From an uncultured Clostridia bacterium (GTDB lineage: Bacteria; Bacillota; Clostridia; Christensenellales; Borkfalkiaceae), in assembly GCA_946627905.1 (NCBI GenBank), contig CAMOVY010000001.1:1-28923 (forward strand): a stretch of 28,923 nt of DNA, in the 5' to 3' direction. The notes beneath the pieces were generated by a model. That model was given only the letters and a program-made list of their open reading frames with translations. It searched no databases and was not told the DNA's origin. Both the position numbers and the translations under genes were made by a program. Below, piece by piece: positions 1 to 7,101 of the stretch. How positions within the stretch are numbered: position 1 is the first letter of the stretch; every line of letters starts with the position of its first letter.

Positions 1-216
1 TAACCTGTCCCGCTGAAAGACCATCGACACTTTTTCCGCGCCCGTTATTTCCCCGTCGAAACAGGTAAGGCGCGCTATCATATTTAAAAGCGTGGTTTTA
101 CCCGAACCGTTTTCCCCTAAAATGACCGTTATGGCGTTTTCTTCGATATCGAGATTAAAATTTTCAAACACGGTTTTATCGCCGTATCTTTTGGTTATGT
201 TTTTAAGGCTTATCAT
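1..216 (-). CDS. ABC transporter ATP-binding protein, NitT/TauT type (5' part; runs off the window)
   Basis: Not in the ORF track. Manual translation from ATG at 216 gives MISLKNITKRYGDKTVFENFNLDIEENAITVILGENGSGKTTLL, with Walker A GENGSGKT. The ATG overlaps the permease stop (ATGA). Confidence 0.9.
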   Translation of the reverse strand, partial: MISLKNITKRYGDKTVFENFNLDIEENAITVILGENGSGKTTLLNMIARLTCFDGEITGAEKVSMVFQRDRL

Positions 217-1004
217 TTTTTCACCGCCTTTTTAGCCCAAAGCCCGAACGCCCACTCTATAATAAGCCCCGTGATTACGGTTATAATCACTAAAGCGAGC
301 ATTGTGGGGTACTCGTAATAGGTTTTCGAATTCTTAAGCAAAAACCCCATAGAGTGCGCCGTCTGCGCAAGCACTTCGGCGGCGACCATAAGTTTAAGGT
401 TAAGGGTAAGCCCCGCCCCAGCCGCGGAAATAAATTCGGGCGCGATTTGCGGAAACACTACTTTTTTCAGCCGTTCCGCATTGTTGACGCCAAAAACTTT
501 GCACATTTCGTTAAGTTCTGTGTCTATCCCGCAAAGGGCGGCGTAAAGGTTGTTGTAAAGGGTGGGAAAAACCACGAGCATAGTAATTATAACGGGCGCT
601 ACTTCGGAATTCGTGAATAAAACCAGCCAAAGCACCACCGCTATAGTCGGAAGCGCGCGGATAATCACTATCAAAGGCGTTAGCGCCCGCCTTGCCTTTT
701 CCGACTTATACGCGGAAAACGCGACAATATAAGCAAGCGAAAAAGAAACCGCGCACGCTAAAACGCTGCGTAAAAGCGTACTGCAAAATGCACGGTAAAA
801 AACCGCGCTGTCATACGCCCCTGCGCCGATAAACAACTTTACCGTCTCGGCAAAAGTATCGCTGACCGACGGTAAATAGTCTTTGTCGACGATTTTTGCC
901 GACGCCGCCCATAAAAGCAATATAGCGGAAACGGTAATTAACGGCAGAGATATATTTAAAACCTTGTTCTGGGTTTTGATTTTTTTATTATTTAGAGATT
1001 TCAA
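213..1004 (-). CDS. ABC transporter permease, NitT/TauT (SsuC/TauC-like)
   Basis: Multiple TM segments; RALPTIAVV and EAA-like loop (ELNEMCKVFG); lies between the binding protein and the ATPase. Confidence 0.88.
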   Translation of the reverse strand: MKSLNNKKIKTQNKVLNISLPLITVSAILLLWAASAKIVDKDYLPSVSDTFAETVKLFIGAGAYDSAVFYRAFCSTLLRSVLACAVSFSLAYIVAFSAYKSEKARRALTPLIVIIRALPTIAVVLWLVLFTNSEVAPVIITMLVVFPTLYNNLYAALCGIDTELNEMCKVFGVNNAERLKKVVFPQIAPEFISAAGAGLTLNLKLMVAAEVLAQTAHSMGFLLKNSKTYYEYPTMLALVIITVITGLIIEWAFGLWAKKAVKK

Positions 1005-1995
1005 ATTTATAACCTATTTTATTTAAAACCGCCCTGAAAGTAAGGTCGGGCACGCCACCCATATTGAAAACCCCTATCGTTTTATCTTTCAGACCGTCGA
1101 CCGTAATTTCTTCGGAACACATAAGATAAAGATTACCGTGCGTTAAAACGGAAACGAGTTTATACGGGTCGGCGGTATTTTTCTTATAAAGTTTGCTCGC
1201 CGCGTTTACGGGCAGAATAACTATATCGCCCGTACCTTTAATAACTATCTCTCCGATATTTTCCGCTTTCACTACGTTATACTCGAAAGTCTTATCCGTG
1301 CCGAACGTTTCGTTTTCATTTATAAATTTTGCGATTGCAAGGGCGGGTGCACCGTCGGGCGCGTAAACTTTTACGGTATCTTCGGTAAAATCACCCGTCG
1401 CCGTGCCGTCGTAGAACAAGTCGTCGGCAGCGGGATTTGCCGATAACTTTTCAATATCTATTATGGTGTTAAGATAATTTTTGACCGCGCTTGCGGCTTC
1501 CTGCGCGCCTTGCCACCTTATATTGCAATTTACCACCGCGTTTGACGTAAGCGCGGCGGGTTTTAACGACGGCGTCGCGCCTTCCGGAAGAACGGAATTA
1601 ACCGCAGTCGCCGCTTGCGCCGGATTTGCAGTCGCCCACTCTACGTTTTCGGCAAACTTGTCCGCAATAGAATTTACGAGCGTTGCGTTAGTATTTAAAA
1701 GGCTTTCCTTTACGAGCATAACGGCTTGCGGATAAGATTTTGTTTCCGCATCGTAAAGTTCCTGAATATCCAGCCTATACCAGATTTTCGTACCTTTCGT
1801 CGTATTTTCAAGCGTTGTGGCGGCAGGTTCTGCTAAAATACCGTAAGCAATTTCGCCCGATTTTAACGCGGGCATAAGTTCCGACGCGTCTGCGTAATAT
1901 TTAAGGCTTATTTCTGCACTGTTCCCACACGCGGAAAAGGCGAAGACGGTTAGCGCAGACACTATGCTTAAAATAAGTGCAATAAGTTTTTTCAT
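988..1995 (-). CDS. ABC transporter substrate-binding lipoprotein, NitT/TauT family, circularly permuted
   Basis: Start reassigned to MKKLIALILS (ATG at 1995, GGAG RBS upstream). Lipobox FSA-C. Family motifs APDGAPAL, DIVILPVNAASKLY, GILAEP, YPQAV and DDLFY are present, but the two halves are in swapped order. Confidence 0.85.
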   Translation of the reverse strand: MKKLIALILSIVSALTVFAFSACGNSAEISLKYYADASELMPALKSGEIAYGILAEPAATTLENTTKGTKIWYRLDIQELYDAETKSYPQAVMLVKESLLNTNATLVNSIADKFAENVEWATANPAQAATAVNSVLPEGATPSLKPAALTSNAVVNCNIRWQGAQEAASAVKNYLNTIIDIEKLSANPAADDLFYDGTATGDFTEDTVKVYAPDGAPALAIAKFINENETFGTDKTFEYNVVKAENIGEIVIKGTGDIVILPVNAASKLYKKNTADPYKLVSVLTHGNLYLMCSEEITVDGLKDKTIGVFNMGGVPDLTFRAVLNKIGYKFEISK

Positions 1996-2031
1996 GAATA
2001 TACTCCTATAAAAAGTTATTTCATATAAACG

Positions 2032-2064
2032 CAAAAAGAAACTCCCTTCGCATAGCAAAGGGAG
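2032..2064 (-). terminator. Intrinsic terminator in the 5' leader of the ABC operon
   Basis: Minus strand CTCCCTTTGC-TAT-GCGAAGGGAG (10 bp with one G-U) followed by TTTCTTTTTG; lies about 36 nt upstream of the lipoprotein ATG and downstream of the promoter. Confidence 0.8.
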
Positions 2065-2158
2065 GGACGTAAATCAATAAGGCATATTTTGCCTTAAAGT
2101 TCCAGAAATTTCTCCCCTTTGCCGTTAGGTGTTGCCCTTTCGGTTCAGGTTTATCGTC
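2032..2158 (-). promoter_or_regulatory. Candidate riboswitch or attenuator leader, class unassigned
   Basis: About 125 nt between promoter and terminator, with several hairpins and a segment (2112-2122) complementary to the terminator 5' arm. Confidence 0.6.
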
Positions 2159-2161
2159 TTT

Positions 2162-2190
2162 ATTTTAACATAATAAAGCGCGAAAGTCAA
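2162..2190 (-). promoter_or_regulatory. SigA-type promoter of the ABC operon
   Basis: TTGACT-N17-TAAAAT with a TG extension. Confidence 0.75.
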
Positions 2191-2199
2191 ATAAAAAAA

Positions 2200-2460
2200 T
2201 CAGGCTTTATTTTGCGCTTTCAAATATTTTTCGCGCGTGGCAATTCCGCCGCGGATATGCCGTTCGTCAAGATTTTTACGCAAAACCTTTTTAACCTTGT
2301 TAAACAGCGTTTTGTCAATAAAGTACAGCCGTTCGGACACGTCTTTATGCACCGTCGACTTGGAAAAATGAAAAACTTTCGCCGCGTCCCTTACGGTTGC
2401 GCCCGTTTCGGCAATATACTGCGCCTCTTTAAGCGTTCTGTCGATAAGGTCTTCACGCAT
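2200..2460 (-). CDS. spoIIID: Sporulation transcriptional regulator SpoIIID
   Basis: AQYIAETGATVRDAAKVFHFSKSTVHKDVSERL and RHIRGGIATREKY match SpoIIID. Start moved to MREDL (GGGGGA RBS). Confidence 0.95.
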   Translation of the reverse strand: MREDLIDRTLKEAQYIAETGATVRDAAKVFHFSKSTVHKDVSERLYFIDKTLFNKVKKVLRKNLDERHIRGGIATREKYLKAQNKA

Positions 2461-2491
2461 TGTATTATCCCCCGAATTAAAAGAATAATAC

Positions 2492-2520
2492 ATTTTATGC
2501 GCTTATCTTTCAGTATATAC
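2492..2520 (-). promoter_or_regulatory. Putative SigE promoter of spoIIID
   Basis: GTATATA-N14-CATAAAAT resembles the SigE consensus; spoIIID is an established SigE-regulon gene. Confidence 0.6.
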
Positions 2521-2533
2521 CGTTTTTCGACGG

Positions 2534-3268
2534 TTATTTTCCTTCCGCTACCGCCGCAATCTTTGCCCGCGCTATTTCGGAAAGTTCGTGCGAAGAAAGC
2601 GCTTTAACCGTTTCCGCGTCTATTACGTCCACCACGTCTACGTATACCACCGTCTTTTTCCACGGCGCTCTTTCGTGCACTTTTTCAGAACCCCTTATGC
2701 CGACTACGACGACGGGGGCTTCCGCCTTTTGCGCAATCTTAAACACCCCGTCGTGGAAAGGCAGCATATTTACGCTTTTACTGCGCGTGCCTTCGGGATA
2801 TACGCCGTAAGACGTCGCGCCGTTTTTAATGAGTTCCGCAGACATAACTATCGTTTTTAAAGCGTTTCTCGCGTTGTTCCTGTCTATCGGCAAATAAAGG
2901 CATTTTTTCGCAATTTTGCCGAGCAAAGGAATTTTAAAGTTTTCGGGCTTGGAAATAAAAGCAAAGTCTTTGAGTTTCAAACCCGTCTGCGTAATAATCG
3001 GGTCAAAATCGGAACGATGGTTTCCTACTAAAAGGTATTTGCCTTTTATCCCCGTAAGTTTGTCCGTTCCGCTTGCCACTACTTTTACGTGGCAAAAAAA
3101 CAATATAAGCCGCATATGGTAAATAATCACCGAACGGTAAAAACGGTTGGCTTTACGATAGTCTTTATTCCTTACAAAAAGCGACAGCGCAAACAAAAAC
3201 AGGACGTGCAAAAAAGCCACGCCTAAAATTCCGCATACTATCCCCAAAGCCACGTATAACGCTATCAT
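2534..3268 (-). CDS. plsC: 1-acyl-sn-glycerol-3-phosphate (lysophospholipid) acyltransferase, PlsC family
   Basis: NHRSDFD (HX4D) and YPEGTRS motifs; N-terminal TM helix. Confidence 0.85.
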   Translation of the reverse strand: MIALYVALGIVCGILGVAFLHVLFLFALSLFVRNKDYRKANRFYRSVIIYHMRLILFFCHVKVVASGTDKLTGIKGKYLLVGNHRSDFDPIITQTGLKLKDFAFISKPENFKIPLLGKIAKKCLYLPIDRNNARNALKTIVMSAELIKNGATSYGVYPEGTRSKSVNMLPFHDGVFKIAQKAEAPVVVVGIRGSEKVHERAPWKKTVVYVDVVDVIDAETVKALSSHELSEIARAKIAAVAEGK

Positions 3269-3281
3269 TTTTTACCTTTCG

Positions 3282-4208
3282 TTATAATTTTTCCGTCTGC
3301 AATCTGGAATAAATTTCCTTGTATTTATCCTTATAGAAAAGGTTAGTTCCGCTTGTCGTCACAGCGGCAGTACCCGCGGCAACCGCTTCTTTTAAAATCT
3401 CGCGCATAGGAACGCCGTTATATATCCCCACGCACGCGGCGGCGACCATACTGTCCCCCGCGCCAACGGTGGAATTAACCGCAACCGACGCGCTTTTACA
3501 GTAAAAACTATCCGTACCGTCGGTAAGCACCGCGCCTTCCGTTCCGAGCGAAGCAAGCACGTATTTCACGCCCTTTTCAAAATATTTTCGCGAAGCCGAA
3601 ATAACGTCGGTAAGTTTACGTATTTTTACGCCCGAAAAGTTTTCGAGTTCTTTCACGTTGGGTTTTACCATAAACAGTTCGCGCGCGGAAAGCGCGGCAA
3701 GCATATTGACTTTTTCCGCGTCCACCACAACCTTTACCCGCGGCGACAGATGTTTTATCACTTCGCCGTAAAATTCGGGGTTAAGTCCTTTCGGCAGGCT
3801 GCCGCTCATAACCGCGATATCTGCGTCCGCAGACAGCGATTTTGCCTTTTCAATAAGTTGCGCCTGCTTATTAAGGCTGACTTCTTCGCCCACGTCGTTT
3901 ATCTCGGTAAGCATTGATTTTTTGTCGATTATCTTATAGTTTACGCGCGTGTTGCCTTCGCAGGAAACGAAGTCGCACTTAATCCCTTCTTCGGTTAAAA
4001 CGTGCTCGAACGTACGTTGTTGGTTTTCGAACATAAAGCCCGTGGCGGTGCAGGCTTCGCCAAGGCGGCTTACGCCTATCGCCACGTTAAGCGCTTTGCC
4101 CGAATAGGTTTCCACTTTACCCTGTATGCGGTTAAGCATACCGACGTTTAAACTTTCAAGTTCGATTGTGCAGTCTATGCTCGGATTCGGGCATATGGTA
4201 AGTATCAT
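3282..4208 (-). CDS. 1-phosphofructokinase-family hexose kinase (PfkB/FruK/LacC)
   Basis: NPSID, GKALNVA, KPNVKEL and the STVGAGDSMVA PfkB signature. Confidence 0.9.
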   Translation of the reverse strand: MILTICPNPSIDCTIELESLNVGMLNRIQGKVETYSGKALNVAIGVSRLGEACTATGFMFENQQRTFEHVLTEEGIKCDFVSCEGNTRVNYKIIDKKSMLTEINDVGEEVSLNKQAQLIEKAKSLSADADIAVMSGSLPKGLNPEFYGEVIKHLSPRVKVVVDAEKVNMLAALSARELFMVKPNVKELENFSGVKIRKLTDVISASRKYFEKGVKYVLASLGTEGAVLTDGTDSFYCKSASVAVNSTVGAGDSMVAAACVGIYNGVPMREILKEAVAAGTAAVTTSGTNLFYKDKYKEIYSRLQTEKL

Positions 4209-4280
4209 AAATTATCTCCGTAAAGGCGTTCTCTTTTTTGCTCGTAAAGTCGGTTTGTCAAATTAAAAACGCCCGAAACT

Positions 4281-4309
4281 ATCATACAACAATTTCGGCG
4301 CGTTTTCAA
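4281..4309 (-). promoter_or_regulatory. Possible SigA promoter of the pfkB-plsC unit
   Basis: TTGAAA-N17-TATGAT, embedded in an imperfect inverted repeat that may also terminate ylmC. Confidence 0.45.
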
Positions 4310-4339
4310 TACATTTTATAAAAATTTACCTTCCGCGGC

Positions 4340-4801
4340 TCAATAATCTTCAAAGTCTATCCTAACGTCTTCTTCATATTCTCCGGCGTTTTCCACAAAG
4401 TCGCAGGGTGTAATCTGCGGCGGCGGGCAAGGCGGTTTGGGCGGACAGGGCGGCGCGGGTTTAACACACGGCGGACATTTAGGCGGCTTTTTTGCCGTTT
4501 GGCTTCCGCTCTGCGCGGCTTTGGCGTTTATATCCACAACCGACGGCACTACCGTGTCGGAATTTTTTATATTGACGAGTATCACGTCCCCGCCTATCCT
4601 GATTATGTTTTTTTCGTCAATAAATATTTCGTTTTTACACCACAGCCCCAAAAACCCGCCGCGCTTTCTGTCGCAGACCACTATACCTTTAAGCACTCCG
4701 CACGGGAAATCGAGTTTCAAATCGGTAAGTTTTCCGAAAGACCTGCCGTCCGCGATATTTACCACGTCGCGCTTTTTAAGTTCTTTATACGATAATATCA
4801 T
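4340..4801 (-). CDS. ylmC: YlmC/YmxH family sporulation PRC-barrel protein with a Pro/Cys-rich C-terminal extension
   Basis: LSYKELKKRDVVNIADGRSFG and IIRIGGDVILV match YlmC/YmxH. Start reassigned to ATG at 4801; close to sigG. Confidence 0.85.
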   Translation of the reverse strand: MILSYKELKKRDVVNIADGRSFGKLTDLKLDFPCGVLKGIVVCDRKRGGFLGLWCKNEIFIDEKNIIRIGGDVILVNIKNSDTVVPSVVDINAKAAQSGSQTAKKPPKCPPCVKPAPPCPPKPPCPPPQITPCDFVENAGEYEEDVRIDFEDY

Positions 4802-4913
4802 AGTGTATTTTATGCCGAAACTGTTTGTCCGTATTACCGTACAAAAAATATTGCTTTTCCCGAAAACAAATGATATAATATTAAAATCGTATTTATTCGG
4901 GGATTTAAAAAAT

Positions 4914-5783
4914 ATGTATCGCAAACAAAAGACTTCGGATATCTTAAAACGCTATATATTTATGGTCGTAGGCTGCATAAGTTATGCTTTGAGTTTGAGA
5001 ATTTTCTTGATTCCTAACGAAATTGTCGGCGGCGGCGTATCGGGTGCGGCGTCTCTTATCGAAATATTGACCGCAATACCCGCGGGTTATTTTATTCTCG
5101 CAATAAATATCCCTATACTTATAATGGGTTTTAAAATGATGGGCTGGCGCTTTATAGTGAGATGTCTTATAACCACGGCTTCGCTTTCGCTGTTCACCAA
5201 CTTCTTCGGGCTGTCTTGGTTTGATTTTTTACAGGGAATTACGAGCAATCAGATACTTGCTTCCCTTTACGGCGGCGTATTGCAAGGCATAGGTATAGGT
5301 CTGTTTATAAAATTCGAGATGTCAAGCGGTGGCACGGAACTTCTCGGCAGAATAACGCATAACATTGTTCCCGTATCTTCCATTGCAACGCACGTGGCGA
5401 TTTTCGACGGGCTTGTCGTTATAGCGGGTACAATCGTGCTGGAAAATCCCGAAAACGTTTTGTACGCGCTGATACTCGTGTTCGTAAGCGCCAAAGTCAG
5501 CGACGTTTTAGTGTTAGGTCTTAACAAGGCTAAACTGTGCTATATAATAACCGATAAAGCCGACGAAATAGGCGACTATCTTATACACCACAGTCCGCGC
5601 GGCATCACCCTTTTGCACGGCAAAGGTATGTACACGGGGAACGAAAAAGGCGTGCTGCTTACATGCGTTAAAAACCATCAGATACAAAACCTTAAATCTA
5701 CGGTAAAGAGTATGGACGAACACGCGTTTGTTATTGTCGGCGAAGCGACCGAAGTTTACGGACAAGGTTTTACTCGTATTTAA
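4914..5783 (+). CDS. YitT family membrane protein
   Basis: IVGGGVSG, SSGGTELLG and C-terminal RGIT...KGMYTG...DEHAFVIV motifs. True start MYRKQ at 4914; the upstream part of the tracked ORF is antisense to ylmC. Confidence 0.9.
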   Translation: MYRKQKTSDILKRYIFMVVGCISYALSLRIFLIPNEIVGGGVSGAASLIEILTAIPAGYFILAINIPILIMGFKMMGWRFIVRCLITTASLSLFTNFFGLSWFDFLQGITSNQILASLYGGVLQGIGIGLFIKFEMSSGGTELLGRITHNIVPVSSIATHVAIFDGLVVIAGTIVLENPENVLYALILVFVSAKVSDVLVLGLNKAKLCYIITDKADEIGDYLIHHSPRGITLLHGKGMYTGNEKGVLLTCVKNHQIQNLKSTVKSMDEHAFVIVGEATEVYGQGFTRI

Positions 5784-5801
5784 AATAATTAAAAATAAAA
5801 T

Positions 5802-5840
5802 TGCCGCCCCCGCGCTTTAGCCTAAGCGCGGGGGCGGGCA
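5802..5840. terminator. Shared terminator hairpin between convergent yitT and sigG
   Basis: GCCCCCGCGCTT-TAGCCT-AAGCGCGGGGGC, a perfect 12-bp stem. Confidence 0.8.
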
Positions 5841-5854
5841 TATATTATACAGTT

Positions 5855-6625
5855 TTATGCTTTAATGGCGTTTTTTATACTTGACAGCGCGTTCTTTTCT
5901 AAACGCGACACCTGCGCTTGAGATATGCCTACCGCTTCGGAAATTTCCGTCTGCGTTTTGCCTTCGAAATATCTTAAATAAATGATATTCCTTTCACGCT
6001 GCTCCAAAAGTCTTAAAGCGCTTTCTATCGCCACCTTGTCAGACCAGTTTTCTTCGGTATTGCGACTGTCGCCTATACTGTCCATTAAAAGCAGTTCGTC
6101 GCCGTTTTTATTGTACACGGGGTCGTAAAGCGACACGGTGTCAGATATGGCGTCTAAACAGTACACCACTTCGGAAAGAGCTACCTGCATTTCGCCCGCT
6201 ATACGCTCTAAAGTCGCTTCTTCGTCCTTTTTCTCTATTTCCGTGCGGGTTTGCAAAATCCTGTACGCCTTGTCGCGTATAGAACGCGCTATTCGAAGCG
6301 AATTGCCGTCCCTTAAATAGCGCTTTATTTCGCCGATTATCATAGGCACGGCGTAGGTGGAAAACTTGACTTGAAATTTAGCGTCGAAATTATCTATCGC
6401 CTTTATTAAGCCCGTCATACCCGCCTGAAACATATCGTCCGAATTGTTTTTGCGCCAGAACCGTTTTATTACCGAAAGCACCAAGCGCATATTTGCGATA
6501 ATAAATTCTTCCCGTGCGTTTTTATCGCCCGCGGCGATTTTTTCAAGCATTTCGGCAGATTGTTTTTCGGTTATTTTCGGAAGAGTAGCGGTGTTGATAC
6601 CGCAGATTACTACTTTACTTGCCAT
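5855..6625 (-). CDS. sigG: RNA polymerase sporulation sigma factor SigG
   Basis: N-terminus KVVICGINTATLP is typical of SigG; DNFD...VKFSTYAVPMIIGEIKRYLRD; region-4 HTH TQTEISEAVGISQAQVSRLEK. Confidence 0.9.
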   Translation of the reverse strand: MASKVVICGINTATLPKITEKQSAEMLEKIAAGDKNAREEFIIANMRLVLSVIKRFWRKNNSDDMFQAGMTGLIKAIDNFDAKFQVKFSTYAVPMIIGEIKRYLRDGNSLRIARSIRDKAYRILQTRTEIEKKDEEATLERIAGEMQVALSEVVYCLDAISDTVSLYDPVYNKNGDELLLMDSIGDSRNTEENWSDKVAIESALRLLEQRERNIIYLRYFEGKTQTEISEAVGISQAQVSRLEKNALSSIKNAIKA

Positions 6626-6666
6626 AAACCCTCCTTTATGTACATAAGTCCAAGGAAAGGTTATTT

Positions 6667-6695
6667 TAGTATTGCACTTAAAAAAATTATTATTC
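6667..6695 (-). promoter_or_regulatory. Possible forespore (SigF/SigG-type) promoter of sigG
   Basis: GAATA-N14-TGCAATACTA resembles the SigF/SigG consensus; match is imperfect. Confidence 0.35.
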
Positions 6696-6704
6696 GTTTA
6701 AAAT

Positions 6705-6729
6705 AAAAAAAGGGGGAATTATGCCCCCT
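6705..6729 (-). terminator. Intrinsic terminator after hit (end of the heat-shock operon)
   Basis: AGGGGG-CATAATT-CCCCCT followed by a T run on the minus strand. Confidence 0.65.
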
Positions 6730-6747
6730 ATAATGTACTGCTAAATT

Positions 6748-7089
6748 TTATGCAGGTGTCCAGCCCATTTTCTGCCCCGACAAAATGTGAATATGCAGGT
6801 GAAATACCGACTGCCCCGCGTCGTCCCCCTGATTTATTACTAAACGGTAGCCGTTTTCTAAGCCCAACTCTTTTACAAGCGTGGGGATTTTCTTAAAGCA
6901 CTTTAAAAGCATTTCGCCCTGCGTTTCCGTCATATCGGCTAAAAGTTTAAAATGGCTTTTCGGAACGCATAAGTGGTGGTTTTTGGCTTTAGGGTCTATA
7001 TCCTTAAAAATTACCATATCGTCGTCTTCGTATACTTTAGTTGCGGGAATTTCACCCTTGATTATTTTACAGAACAAACAGTCTTCCAT
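6748..7089 (-). CDS. Histidine triad nucleotide-binding protein (HinT-like)
   Basis: DCLFCKI at the N-terminus and the HLHIH triad. Confidence 0.93.
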   Translation of the reverse strand: MEDCLFCKIIKGEIPATKVYEDDDMVIFKDIDPKAKNHHLCVPKSHFKLLADMTETQGEMLLKCFKKIPTLVKELGLENGYRLVINQGDDAGQSVFHLHIHILSGQKMGWTPA

Positions 7090-7101
7090 AATTTTCTCCT
7101 T

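Noticed and set aside
1996-2058. Upstream starts given by the ORF track for the lipoprotein (also for spoIIID, ylmC, hrcA, ZIP and XRE genes)
   Set aside because: Downstream ATGs fit family N-termini and, except for ylmC, have RBSs; the lipoprotein extension crosses the leader terminator.
2032-2158. Assignment of the ABC leader to TPP, glycine, yybP-ykoY or c-di-GMP riboswitch classes
   Set aside because: Only fragments match (ACCTGA..AGGGGA; CCGAA.GG.GCAA; AAAGGGGAG). The diagnostic cores (UGAGA; GGAGA/CUCUC; UAGC/CGUCA/GCAAGACC) are missing. Kept as unassigned.
4437-4913. N-terminal 159 aa of the tracked 448-aa plus-strand ORF as a YitT fusion
   Set aside because: It is the antisense shadow of ylmC; YitT homology starts at ATG 4914.
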